Made by a program: the position numbers and the translations under genes. Below are positions 10,453 through 18,692 of a stretch of DNA of 64,000 bases, one piece after another. A model generated the notes under the pieces. It ran no database searches. It was not told the DNA's origin and worked only from the letters and a program-made list of their open reading frames with translations. The stretch's first letter is position 1; each line of letters opens with the position of its first letter. The stretch is from Elusimicrobiales bacterium (GTDB lineage: Bacteria > Elusimicrobiota > Elusimicrobia > Elusimicrobiales > UBA9959). Location: the NCBI GenBank assembly GCA_023701245.1, contig JAMPXK010000003.1, positions 7,566 to 71,565 on the forward strand, in the 5' to 3' direction.

Positions 10453-12006
10453 CTACCTCTTTTTGTCCGCCAGCATGACGATCTCGCCGGCGAGGCGGCA
10501 GGCCCCGGCGTTGGAAGGCATCACCAGCACACCGGCGGCTTCCAGGGCCTTCACCACCTTGAAGCGCGCCTGGGGGTCCGTTTCGGTGCCGGTCACCGAG
10601 GCCACTATGGACAGCTCCTTGTTCAGGATGAAAGCCTCCACGATGGCCGGCATGATGTCCTCGAGCGGGTGAAGGTTGGCTCCGTATCCCAGCACCAGGT
10701 CCAGCAGCAGCACCGAAACCTCGGGCTTCGAGGCCTCGGCGACTATCAGCTTGTTGCGCAGGGAAAAGTCTATCATCGGGTGCGGCCGTCCGACGGTAAA
10801 TTCGTCCTCGCCCAGGTCTATCACGGCATGGCCCGACAGCTGCAGGGAATTCTTAAGCTTCAGCCGCTTGTCGAGCGGGGCGTTGGAACGCACCTCACCG
10901 ACCAGTTCCGGCAGTATAACCTGCGCCTCGCTAACGAAAGTCCCGCCGGAAAAGAGACCGCGCAGGAAACGGCTCTTTTTCTTTTTGGCCGACTCCTTGC
11001 GCGCGGACTCCGCGGCCATGAGGTTGATGTCGTAGATGATCTCTTTGGCTTTGCCGACCGCCTGGCCTTTGGCCAGGCAGGCGGCCTTGAAAGCGGCTTC
11101 CTCCAGCGTTTTCGCCGGGTAGAAATTGTCCTTGATCTTCTCCTTGATCTCCCCGCCCAGGAACACGGCCACCACGGGCTTGCGGATCTTCTTTATCTCG
11201 GCGGTGATCTTTTTCAGTATCGAGGGATGGGGGGGCTTGGAGACCAGCAGGATAACCCCGGTGCCGGGGTCCTCGGCCAGCATGCGCAGGGCCTGGATAA
11301 AGGTCAGCGCGCCGACCTCCAGTTTCACGTCGCGCCCGCCGGTGCCGATGGCCTGGGAAATACCCGCGCCGGCGTTGGAGATCAGGGTGGTGACCTCCTG
11401 CAGGCCGGTGCCGGAGGCGCCTACCACGCCTACGCTGCCGCGCCGCACGGAATTGGCGAAAGCTATAGGGGCCCCGTTGATGATGGCCGTGCCGCAGTCG
11501 GGCCCCATCACCAGCAGGCCCTTCTTCTGGGCCTGCTTCTTCAGCGCCACTTCGGTCTCCACGGAGACATTGTCGGAGAAGAGCAGCACGTTGAGATCTT
11601 TCTCCAGGCACTCGGCGGCCAGGCCGCCGGCGAAGCGCCCGGCTACGGAGATCACGGCCAGGTTGGCGCCCTCCAGGGTCTTTACGGCGTCGTCGAGGCC
11701 GGCGGCCTTGCGGTCGCCGGAAGGGTCCGCGGCGGGTTTTTTGTCAAGCAGCGCCTCGGCGGCCGCGAAGGCCGCCTCCGCCGCGGCGATGGTCTCGGCG
11801 CTGACGGCGATCGCCAGGTCATTGTCGCCGGCGGCCTGGATCTCGGGGGTGAGAAGGCCGGAGGACTTGATAATGCCTTTATTTTCCCTGGTGGCCATGA
11901 TCACCGTGGATTCGCCGATGCCGGGCATAGAGCGCAGCACGCTGGCCGCCTGCATAAGCATCACCGAATCGAAATAGGCGTCTTTCTTTATGAGCGTCTT
12001 TATCAT
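10453..12006 (-). CDS. fdrA: FdrA family protein (succinyl-CoA-synthetase-alpha-like)
   Basis: 517 aa; MIKTLIKKDAYFDSVMLMQAA FdrA-type N-terminus; CoA-ligase-like GASGTGLQE segment. Confidence 0.8.
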   Translation of the reverse strand: MIKTLIKKDAYFDSVMLMQAASVLRSMPGIGESTVIMATRENKGIIKSSGLLTPEIQAAGDNDLAIAVSAETIAAAEAAFAAAEALLDKKPAADPSGDRKAAGLDDAVKTLEGANLAVISVAGRFAGGLAAECLEKDLNVLLFSDNVSVETEVALKKQAQKKGLLVMGPDCGTAIINGAPIAFANSVRRGSVGVVGASGTGLQEVTTLISNAGAGISQAIGTGGRDVKLEVGALTFIQALRMLAEDPGTGVILLVSKPPHPSILKKITAEIKKIRKPVVAVFLGGEIKEKIKDNFYPAKTLEEAAFKAACLAKGQAVGKAKEIIYDINLMAAESARKESAKKKKSRFLRGLFSGGTFVSEAQVILPELVGEVRSNAPLDKRLKLKNSLQLSGHAVIDLGEDEFTVGRPHPMIDFSLRNKLIVAEASKPEVSVLLLDLVLGYGANLHPLEDIMPAIVEAFILNKELSIVASVTGTETDPQARFKVVKALEAAGVLVMPSNAGACRLAGEIVMLADKKR

Positions 12007-12065
12007 TGTGGTATCCTTAGGGAAAACCGTCCGGCCGCGTTACCGCGGGCGGCGGCGGCCCCTGA

Positions 12066-12827
12066 TCACTGCCAGGGGAAATTCTTCCTTTCCCCGAGGA
12101 AGGGAAAGCGTTCGCGGGTCTTGCGCACCAGCTCCCGGTCCAGCGGGACCTCGGAAACAAAGATCCCTTCCCTGGTCCCGCAGTCCAGCACCGTCTTGCC
12201 GAGCGGGTCGTAGCACATGGAGTTGCCGGAGTATTCCACCTTGCCTTCCAGCCCGACGCGGTCCACGCCTATGCAGTAGGCCTGGTTCTCCACGGCCCGC
12301 GCGCGCAGCAGCGTCATCCACTGCTCGGCGCGGCGCATAGGCCAGGCCGCTATCACCACGTAAACGTCCACGTCGTGCGCCTTGTTCCAGAACAGGTAGG
12401 GGAATCTCAGGTCGAAACAGACCGCCGGCATGACTTTAAGCCCTTCCAGGCCGAACACTTCCTGCTTCGTGCCGGCCTTGTAGTACTTGTCTTCCTGGCC
12501 GAAGGCGTAGAGGTGGGTCTTGGAGTAGGCGTTGATACGGTTGCCCCGGCGGTCCAGCGTGATAAGGTTGTTATAGCCCTTCTCTACCCCGCCGTAGGAG
12601 ATATTGATATTGTACTCGGCCGCGAGGCCGGAAAAGAAGGCCCGGTCGGAGTCGTCCAGTTCGGAAACGGCCGTGTTCATGGTGAACCCGCTCAGGGTCA
12701 TTTCCGAGAAGACCAGCCAGTCTATGGACGAGGCGCACTTGCATTCCTGCAGCAAGGTCTGGATCTTGCGTTTATTCGCCTCTTTGTCTTCCCACTTGAT
12801 GTCGTACTGGCACAATGCGATCTTCAT
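12066..12827 (-). CDS. carbon-nitrogen hydrolase (omega-amidase/YafV-like)
   Basis: 253 aa; Glu-Lys-Cys triad context (VFSEMT, YSKTHLY, PAVCFDLRFP). Confidence 0.85.
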   Translation of the reverse strand: MKIALCQYDIKWEDKEANKRKIQTLLQECKCASSIDWLVFSEMTLSGFTMNTAVSELDDSDRAFFSGLAAEYNINISYGGVEKGYNNLITLDRRGNRINAYSKTHLYAFGQEDKYYKAGTKQEVFGLEGLKVMPAVCFDLRFPYLFWNKAHDVDVYVVIAAWPMRRAEQWMTLLRARAVENQAYCIGVDRVGLEGKVEYSGNSMCYDPLGKTVLDCGTREGIFVSEVPLDRELVRKTRERFPFLGERKNFPWQ

Positions 12828-12845
12828 TTTATCTCCAAAGCCCGG

Positions 12846-15251
12846 CTATCTGGCCGCGGCCTTTACCGCCAGGGCCACCTTTTCCTTGGTGACCGGCATG
12901 GACTTTACGCGCACGCCCAGCGCGTCGGCCACGGCGTTGGCTATCAGCGGCGCGCAGGGGATCATGGTATGTTCGCCCACGCCGCGCGCCCCGAAAGGCC
13001 CGTCGGGCTGGGGAACCTCTATGATTATAGGCACCACTTCGCCGGGCATGTCCATGGCCGTGGGGATCTTGTAATCCGAGAAGTTGGGGTTTAGCAGGCG
13101 GCCCTTCCCGTCATAGCGCATATCCTCGTAAAGCACCGTGGCGAAGCCCTGCATCAGGCCGCCCACGATCTGGCCTTTCACCAGGTCCGGATTGATGGCC
13201 TTGCCGCAGTCCACGGCCAGCGCCACCTTGAGGATCTTCATCTTGCCGCTCTCCCTGTCCACTTCCAGGACGATACCGGCGGAACCGGTGGTGTAATGCA
13301 CGTTGGGGTGCCCGCCCTGGCCCGTCTCGGGATCGCCTATGGCCGAGGCGAATTCCGGCATGAACACGCCGGACCCCATTATGGGCCCGCCCTTGAAGGT
13401 GTGGTCTTCGGCCTGGATGCCGTTGATGACGAAGTCCCTGAACGGCAGCGCGAAATCCGGCTTGGTACGGCATTTCACGCATTCGTCCTGGAGGTAGAGC
13501 GTGCTCTTGTCCAGGCAGTGCACCCTTTGCACCAGGTCGAAGATGCGCTCGCGCGCCTCCAGGGCGGCGCGCTTGACGGCGTTGCCGCAGCCCCAGGTCA
13601 CGTGCGAGCCCACGGTCTGCCACTCATAGGGATTGCGGTCGGTGTCGGGCGTCTCGACGCGGATCTTGCTTACGGGCAGGGCCAGCACTTCGCCGGCGAT
13701 CTGCGCCATCACGGTCAGCAGGCCCTGGCCTATCTCCATGCCCGACACCAGGATATTGATGCTGCCGTCCTCGTTGAATTTCAGAAAGGCGCTGGAACTG
13801 GCGTTGGGCGGCATGGCGGGGGACTTCCAGAAGCAGACCAGGGCCTTGCCGATGGCCTTAGTCGGGTCCTTGGACTTCTGCCTGACGCCCCAAGCTATCT
13901 CCTTCTCCACCTTTTCTATGGCCTGGCGGATGCCGTTGGGGTTCATATGTGCGCCATAGGGCAGCGTGTCGCCTTCGCTGATGGCGTTCTTCTTGCGGAA
14001 CTCCACCGGGTCCAGGCCCAGCTGGACCGCCATGCGGGTGATATGGGATTCCAGCCCGAAGAGGAACTCCGAGTAGCCGAACCCGCGGTAGGCGCCGCAG
14101 GGCGGCAGGTTGGTATAGGTGCACATCGAATCCACGCTGATATTGTCCACGCGGTAGGGGCCGCTGGCCGACAGGCCGGCCGCGTTCACCACGTTGGCGC
14201 CGTATTCCACGTAAGCGCCGGCGTCCCAATGCAGTTTGAAGTCCAGCGCGGTGATCTTGCCGGCTTTGGTCACGCCCATCTTTATCTTGGCGGTGACGCC
14301 GAGGCGCTGGTAAGTGTTGTAGAACTCCTGGGCGCGGTTCCACAGCAGCTTTACCGGGCGGCCCGGCACGGCGATGGCGAGAGCCGCCGCTATGATCTCC
14401 ATGGTGACCCCGGCCTTGCCGCCGAAGCCGCCGCCGATATAGGTACTGATGACGCGTACGTCCTTATGGCCCAGGCCGAAGGCTTTGAGGGTCTCGGCGA
14501 AGACGTGGCGCTGCGTGAAGGGGGACTGGGAGGAGGTCCACATGGTCAGGCGGCCGGAGGCGTCGTAAAGGCCTATGGCTGAGTGCGGCTCTATGGCGCA
14601 ATGCGCGTAGCGCGGCACCGTGTAGGTGTCTTCCAGCACCAGGTCGGCGTCCTTGAAGCCTTTGGCCAGGTCGCCCTTGCGGATCTTGCGCCAGTGGGCG
14701 ATATTGGTGCCGGGCTTGGGGAAGAACCACGGCACGTGCGTATAATCCTTGAGGTTCGGGTGGACGAGAGGGGAATCCTTCTCCAGGGCCTTCACGGCGT
14801 CCATCACCGCCGGCAGCTCCTCGTACTGCACCTTCACCAGGGCGGCGGCGCGCAGGGCTATCTTAGGGTCGGTGGCCACCACCGCGGCTACCTGCTCGCC
14901 CACGAAGCGCACGATATCGGTGGCGAAAACGTAGCGGTCGTTCATGTACAGGCCGAACTTCTGGGTGAAGTTGCGGCCGGTGACCACCTTCACCACGCCG
15001 TGCACCTTCTCGGCGCTGGAAGTGTCGATGGCCTTGATCCGGGCGTGAGCGTGGGGGCTTTCCACCAGGGCGGCGTAGAGCAGGGCGGGACCGAACTCCA
15101 GGTCGTCGGTGTACTTGGCCGCGCCTTTTATTTTTTCCCAGCCGTCCACGCGGGAAAACGATCTGCCGACCACTTCCAGCCCGTCGCCGGCCTGTTGCGG
15201 TTTAGCGCTCTTCTTCGGCTTGGTTATCAGTTTCTGAAGGTCCATAGTCAC
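12846..15251 (-). CDS. xanthine dehydrogenase family, molybdopterin-binding large subunit
   Basis: 801 aa; aldehyde oxidase/XDH a/b-hammerhead N-terminus (VVGRSFSRVDGWEKIKGAAKYTDD) and GGGFGGK motif. Confidence 0.9.
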   Translation of the reverse strand: MTMDLQKLITKPKKSAKPQQAGDGLEVVGRSFSRVDGWEKIKGAAKYTDDLEFGPALLYAALVESPHAHARIKAIDTSSAEKVHGVVKVVTGRNFTQKFGLYMNDRYVFATDIVRFVGEQVAAVVATDPKIALRAAALVKVQYEELPAVMDAVKALEKDSPLVHPNLKDYTHVPWFFPKPGTNIAHWRKIRKGDLAKGFKDADLVLEDTYTVPRYAHCAIEPHSAIGLYDASGRLTMWTSSQSPFTQRHVFAETLKAFGLGHKDVRVISTYIGGGFGGKAGVTMEIIAAALAIAVPGRPVKLLWNRAQEFYNTYQRLGVTAKIKMGVTKAGKITALDFKLHWDAGAYVEYGANVVNAAGLSASGPYRVDNISVDSMCTYTNLPPCGAYRGFGYSEFLFGLESHITRMAVQLGLDPVEFRKKNAISEGDTLPYGAHMNPNGIRQAIEKVEKEIAWGVRQKSKDPTKAIGKALVCFWKSPAMPPNASSSAFLKFNEDGSINILVSGMEIGQGLLTVMAQIAGEVLALPVSKIRVETPDTDRNPYEWQTVGSHVTWGCGNAVKRAALEARERIFDLVQRVHCLDKSTLYLQDECVKCRTKPDFALPFRDFVINGIQAEDHTFKGGPIMGSGVFMPEFASAIGDPETGQGGHPNVHYTTGSAGIVLEVDRESGKMKILKVALAVDCGKAINPDLVKGQIVGGLMQGFATVLYEDMRYDGKGRLLNPNFSDYKIPTAMDMPGEVVPIIIEVPQPDGPFGARGVGEHTMIPCAPLIANAVADALGVRVKSMPVTKEKVALAVKAAAR

Positions 15252-15269
15252 CTCGTGTCGCGGCGGTTC

Positions 15270-15707
15270 TTACTTCCCGGCGGCCGGCACCGGGGGGTTA
15301 AGGGAATTGTAGCCGTGCTCGTAAGAATCGGCGCAGCTGGCCATGTCCAGGGTCACGGTGGCGGGAGCCCTGAGATTGTTCTGCCCGAGGACCGCGCTGC
15401 GCATGCACTGGCCGGCGGCGACGGGCAGGGCTTCTATCTTGACCATATCCAGGATCAGGTACCCGGCCTTGCCGCGCCAGTAGCGCCGCACGGACACCTT
15501 CAGCGGGGAGACCCCGGCCGGGGTCTCGTTCACGTTTACCTGCGCCCCGGGCGGCACGGTAATGACCTCGATCACCTCGTCCACGAACTGGCTCGTCGGG
15601 GCGCCGCCGGCGCTCTCCAGGAAGCCGCGCTTCATCCCCGGTCCGCCCTGCGGTACGGCGCAGGCCGCCAGGAGGCTCACCGCAGCGAAAAGCAGAAAAT
15701 GTTTCAT
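15270..15707 (-). CDS. small lipoprotein with PEGA-like segment
   Basis: 145 aa; signal peptide plus lipobox LLAAC; PPGAQVNVNETPAGVSPLKVSV resembles a PEGA domain; fits exactly between the 2Fe-2S and Mo subunit genes (gaps 2 and 18 nt). Confidence 0.65.
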   Translation of the reverse strand: MKHFLLFAAVSLLAACAVPQGGPGMKRGFLESAGGAPTSQFVDEVIEVITVPPGAQVNVNETPAGVSPLKVSVRRYWRGKAGYLILDMVKIEALPVAAGQCMRSAVLGQNNLRAPATVTLDMASCADSYEHGYNSLNPPVPAAGK

Positions 15708-15709
15708 GA

Positions 15710-16177
15710 TCAGTTCCCTTTCGCCGTCTCGGCGATGGCTTCCACTATCGGTTCATAGCCCGTGCACCGGCAGAGGTTGCCGGCAACGGCTTCCTTTATG
15801 TCGTGGGTGGTGGGTTTGGGATTCTTTTCCAGCAGTTCCGTGGCGGAAAGTATCACTCCCGGCGCGCAGAAGCCGCACTGGAAGGAATTCTTCTCATGGA
15901 ACTTCTTCTGCAGTTTCTGCGTCCACTTGCGGGTGTTGGCGCCTTCCAGCGTCACCAGGTCCGCGCCGTCGGCCTCCACGGCCAGGGCCAGGCAGGAGCG
16001 CACGGTGCGGCCGTTCATCAGCACCGTGCAGGTGCCGCAGTCGCCGCGGTCGCAGCCCACCTTGGGGCTCTTGATGCCCAGGCGGCCGCGCAGCGTATCC
16101 AGCAGCACGTCGTTGGGCTCCACGTCCAGCGCGACCTTCTCCCCGTTCAGAGTGAAATTTATCCTGTGAGTTTTCAT
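15710..16177 (-). CDS. (2Fe-2S)-binding small subunit of XDH-family enzyme
   Basis: CDRGDCGTCTV and QCGFCAPG cluster motifs; the track start at 16198 is TTG, so I prefer ATG at 16177 (MKTHRINFTLNGEKV). Confidence 0.9.
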   Translation of the reverse strand: MKTHRINFTLNGEKVALDVEPNDVLLDTLRGRLGIKSPKVGCDRGDCGTCTVLMNGRTVRSCLALAVEADGADLVTLEGANTRKWTQKLQKKFHEKNSFQCGFCAPGVILSATELLEKNPKPTTHDIKEAVAGNLCRCTGYEPIVEAIAETAKGN

Positions 16178-16194
16178 ATGTTGCCCCTGCTCCC

Positions 16195-17088
16195 TCAAGC
16201 GATATTCTCGGTCCCGTATTTCGGACCCTTGCCGAAAAGACGGGCCACGGCCTTTTCCAGCGCCCGGCCCAGCATCACCTGCGTCATGTGCAGGCGGTAT
16301 TCCTTCGAGGAGCGGATGTCGCTGATGGGGGAAACCTCCTGCAGGATGGTCTCCCTGGCCCTGGCCAGGAGTTTCTCTCCCAGTTTGTTGCCGGCGAGCA
16401 GCGCCTCCGTCCTGGGGCAGCGGGCGGGCTTGGGGCCCAGCGCGCAGGCCGCCACGCGGTAAGTGTTGTCGGAGAAAGCCAGCACCGCTATGCCGCCCTG
16501 GGCCAGGTCCTCGCCCTCGTAGCGGGAAAGTTTCATGTAGCAGCCGGCGTGCTTTTTGGCCGGCAGCCGCATCTCCACGGCCGTCACTATCTCGTCGGGC
16601 TGGAGGGCCGTCTTCTTGGGCCCGGTGAACCAGTCGGCAATGGGCACGCGGCGCTCGCCCCTGATGCTGCGCGCCAGCACCTCGGCGTCGTAGACCGCCA
16701 GCACCGGGGCGGAATCGGCCGAAGGCACCGCGGAACAGATATTGCCGGCCACCGTGGCGCGGTTGCGCACGCCGGTGGAGGCCACCGTCAGCGAGGCCTC
16801 CCAGAGCAGGGGGAACTTGGCTTTTATGACGGGGGAATCGATCAGGTCGGAAAAGGTCACCAGCGCGCCCAGGCGCAGGATGCCGCCCTTGAGGGTAAAG
16901 CCGGCCAGTTCCTGCAGGGCCTTTATGTCCACCACCACTTCGGGGCGGGCCAGGTTCTCTTTAAGGTGCACCACCAGGTCGGTGCCGCCCGCCAGGGCCC
17001 GCGCCTTCTCCCTGTAAAGCGAAAAGACATGGAGCGCTTCGTCCATGTCCCTGGGCTTGACGTATTCGAATTCCGTGGTTATCGGCAT
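16195..17088 (-). CDS. FAD-binding (CoxM/XdhB-like) subunit of XDH-family enzyme
   Basis: Track ORF extends to 17352, but homology begins at MPITTEFEYVKPRDMDEAL (ATG at 17088, preceded by GGAGG); GGTDLVVHLK FAD-binding motif. Confidence 0.9.
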   Translation of the reverse strand: MPITTEFEYVKPRDMDEALHVFSLYREKARALAGGTDLVVHLKENLARPEVVVDIKALQELAGFTLKGGILRLGALVTFSDLIDSPVIKAKFPLLWEASLTVASTGVRNRATVAGNICSAVPSADSAPVLAVYDAEVLARSIRGERRVPIADWFTGPKKTALQPDEIVTAVEMRLPAKKHAGCYMKLSRYEGEDLAQGGIAVLAFSDNTYRVAACALGPKPARCPRTEALLAGNKLGEKLLARARETILQEVSPISDIRSSKEYRLHMTQVMLGRALEKAVARLFGKGPKYGTENIA

Positions 17089-17153
17089 AGGTGTTCGCCT
17101 CCGGTAAACTGCCGTAACTGCGGAGGGCGGGGAAGAACCCCGCCCCCGTTGGC

Positions 17154-17969
17154 TCAGGCCGTCCAGGCCACTACGCGGCCCATGGCCGACTCGAGTTCGA
17201 TGCCCTTGAGGGGGAAGAAACCCAGCCAGCACCGCTTGTTGGAAAGCTTGTCTATCTCGCCGCCTATGTTCTCGGCGTGGACCAGGCGCTTGGGGAAGAG
17301 CTTGAGGTGCATCACCTGGTAGAATTCCTCGGTGGGGAACATCTCGTCCCACTTTTTGCCGTAGGTCTTCACCAGTTTATTCTCGGCCTCCACGAACAGC
17401 TTGGGGTGCCAGTTGCGGATGATGGTGTTCATCGGGTGGTCGGCCGAGCCGCAGTCCACGCCGATCCACTTGAACTTCATGTCGAGCGCCCACTTGTGGA
17501 AGCGGGGGCCGGGGCCGGGGTGTTTGCAGAAGTAGCGGACTTCGTCGCAGGTGCCTTTCTCGTACCAGGCGTACTTGTGGTAGCCGGTGTTGATGATGAG
17601 GATGTCGCCTTTGCGGATGTCGGCGCGCTTCATGAGCAGTTCGGGTTCGTAGAGGTCGTAGTCGCCCACGTCCTTGGAAATGTCCACCACCACGGCCTGG
17701 CCGGCCCATTCGCGCATCGGCACTTCGCCGATGGTGCGGCCGGCGCTGTAAAAGTGGATCTCGCCGTCCATGTGGGTGCCCACGTGGTTGGAAGTGGTCA
17801 TGATCTGCCCGTTGGCGCCCTGGCCCATATGGGCGCCGGCTATGCGCTTGAAGTACTGCAGCTGCAGCGGCATATAGCTGGGCCACGGGGGGGTGTGGAT
17901 GCTCAGCGGCTGGGTCAGGTCGTACATCTTGGCCTTGTCCAGGAACTTGATGAAATCATTGGGCTTCAT
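17154..17969 (-). CDS. cyclase family protein (kynurenine formamidase / isatin hydrolase-like)
   Basis: 271 aa; HVGTHMDGEIHF metal-binding motif typical of the putative-cyclase family; first gene of the minus-strand operon. Confidence 0.8.
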   Translation of the reverse strand: MKPNDFIKFLDKAKMYDLTQPLSIHTPPWPSYMPLQLQYFKRIAGAHMGQGANGQIMTTSNHVGTHMDGEIHFYSAGRTIGEVPMREWAGQAVVVDISKDVGDYDLYEPELLMKRADIRKGDILIINTGYHKYAWYEKGTCDEVRYFCKHPGPGPRFHKWALDMKFKWIGVDCGSADHPMNTIIRNWHPKLFVEAENKLVKTYGKKWDEMFPTEEFYQVMHLKLFPKRLVHAENIGGEIDKLSNKRCWLGFFPLKGIELESAMGRVVAWTA

Positions 17970-18043
17970 GAGGGAACCTCCATTGGGAAAGCGGCAGCGG
18001 TTTCTATTGAAATTTTAACAAATGCGGGGGGGCAAATAAAGGC

Positions 18044-18070
18044 AAAAAAGGCGCCCGGAAGGACGCCTTT
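18044..18070 (-). terminator. intrinsic terminator after the PAS sensor gene
   Basis: Minus strand reads AAAAGGCGTCCTTCCGGGCGCCTTTTTT (imperfect GC stem plus T6). Confidence 0.7.
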
Positions 18071-18089
18071 TCAGCCGGCGAAGAAGGGG

Positions 18090-18674
18090 TCAGTCGGAGT
18101 AGCCCGGGTAGAATTTTCTGGCGCAGGCGGGGCAGAGGCCGTGTGAGAGGTCGGCCTGCGGCACGGTCCTCCTGATGTAAGTTTCTATCTTCTCCCAGCT
18201 CCCGTCCTCCGCCCTGATCTTCTTGCAGGAAGAACAGATAGGCAGCAGGTGGCGTAGGCCAGCCAGCTCGGTCATATTCTCTATCACAAGGAGAGCGTAG
18301 AGGGCGCCCTCGAAGCTGAACGGCGAAGCCGAAATAAGCCCCCGCACCACGGAAGTCTTTCCGCCCGAGACGAAGGAGATATCCGTAGGTTCGCGCCGCA
18401 CGGCCTTGCCGGCGAAAGCTCTGCTCACGGAATTACGCAGCACGCAGTCGGCGCAGTGCGGCCCCGTGCCGCAGCCGCCCGGGGCATCTTCCGCGTGCAG
18501 GCAGTGCATGACGTCGCCGGCGCGTTTGGTGTAGATCTTTTCACCCTTGAGGATATCCCGCCCGGCCTTATTGCGGTAAAGGATCCGCACGTCCTCGTCC
18601 GTCACCAGGACGATGGCCGGGAGGGCGTCCAGCGCGTGACGCATGAAGACCGCGTTATCGAAAAGTTTATCCAT
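18090..18674 (-). CDS. PAS-domain sensor with two Cys clusters, no classical output domain
   Basis: 194 aa; PAS-like N-terminus (LDALPAIVLVTDEDVRILYRNKAGRDIL). Internal HCLHAEDAPGGCGTGPHCADC. C-terminal ICSSCKKIR..W..IE.YI....HGLCPAC. Confidence 0.75.
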   Translation of the reverse strand: MDKLFDNAVFMRHALDALPAIVLVTDEDVRILYRNKAGRDILKGEKIYTKRAGDVMHCLHAEDAPGGCGTGPHCADCVLRNSVSRAFAGKAVRREPTDISFVSGGKTSVVRGLISASPFSFEGALYALLVIENMTELAGLRHLLPICSSCKKIRAEDGSWEKIETYIRRTVPQADLSHGLCPACARKFYPGYSD

Positions 18675-18692
18675 CTGGTCGCCCCGGCCGCC

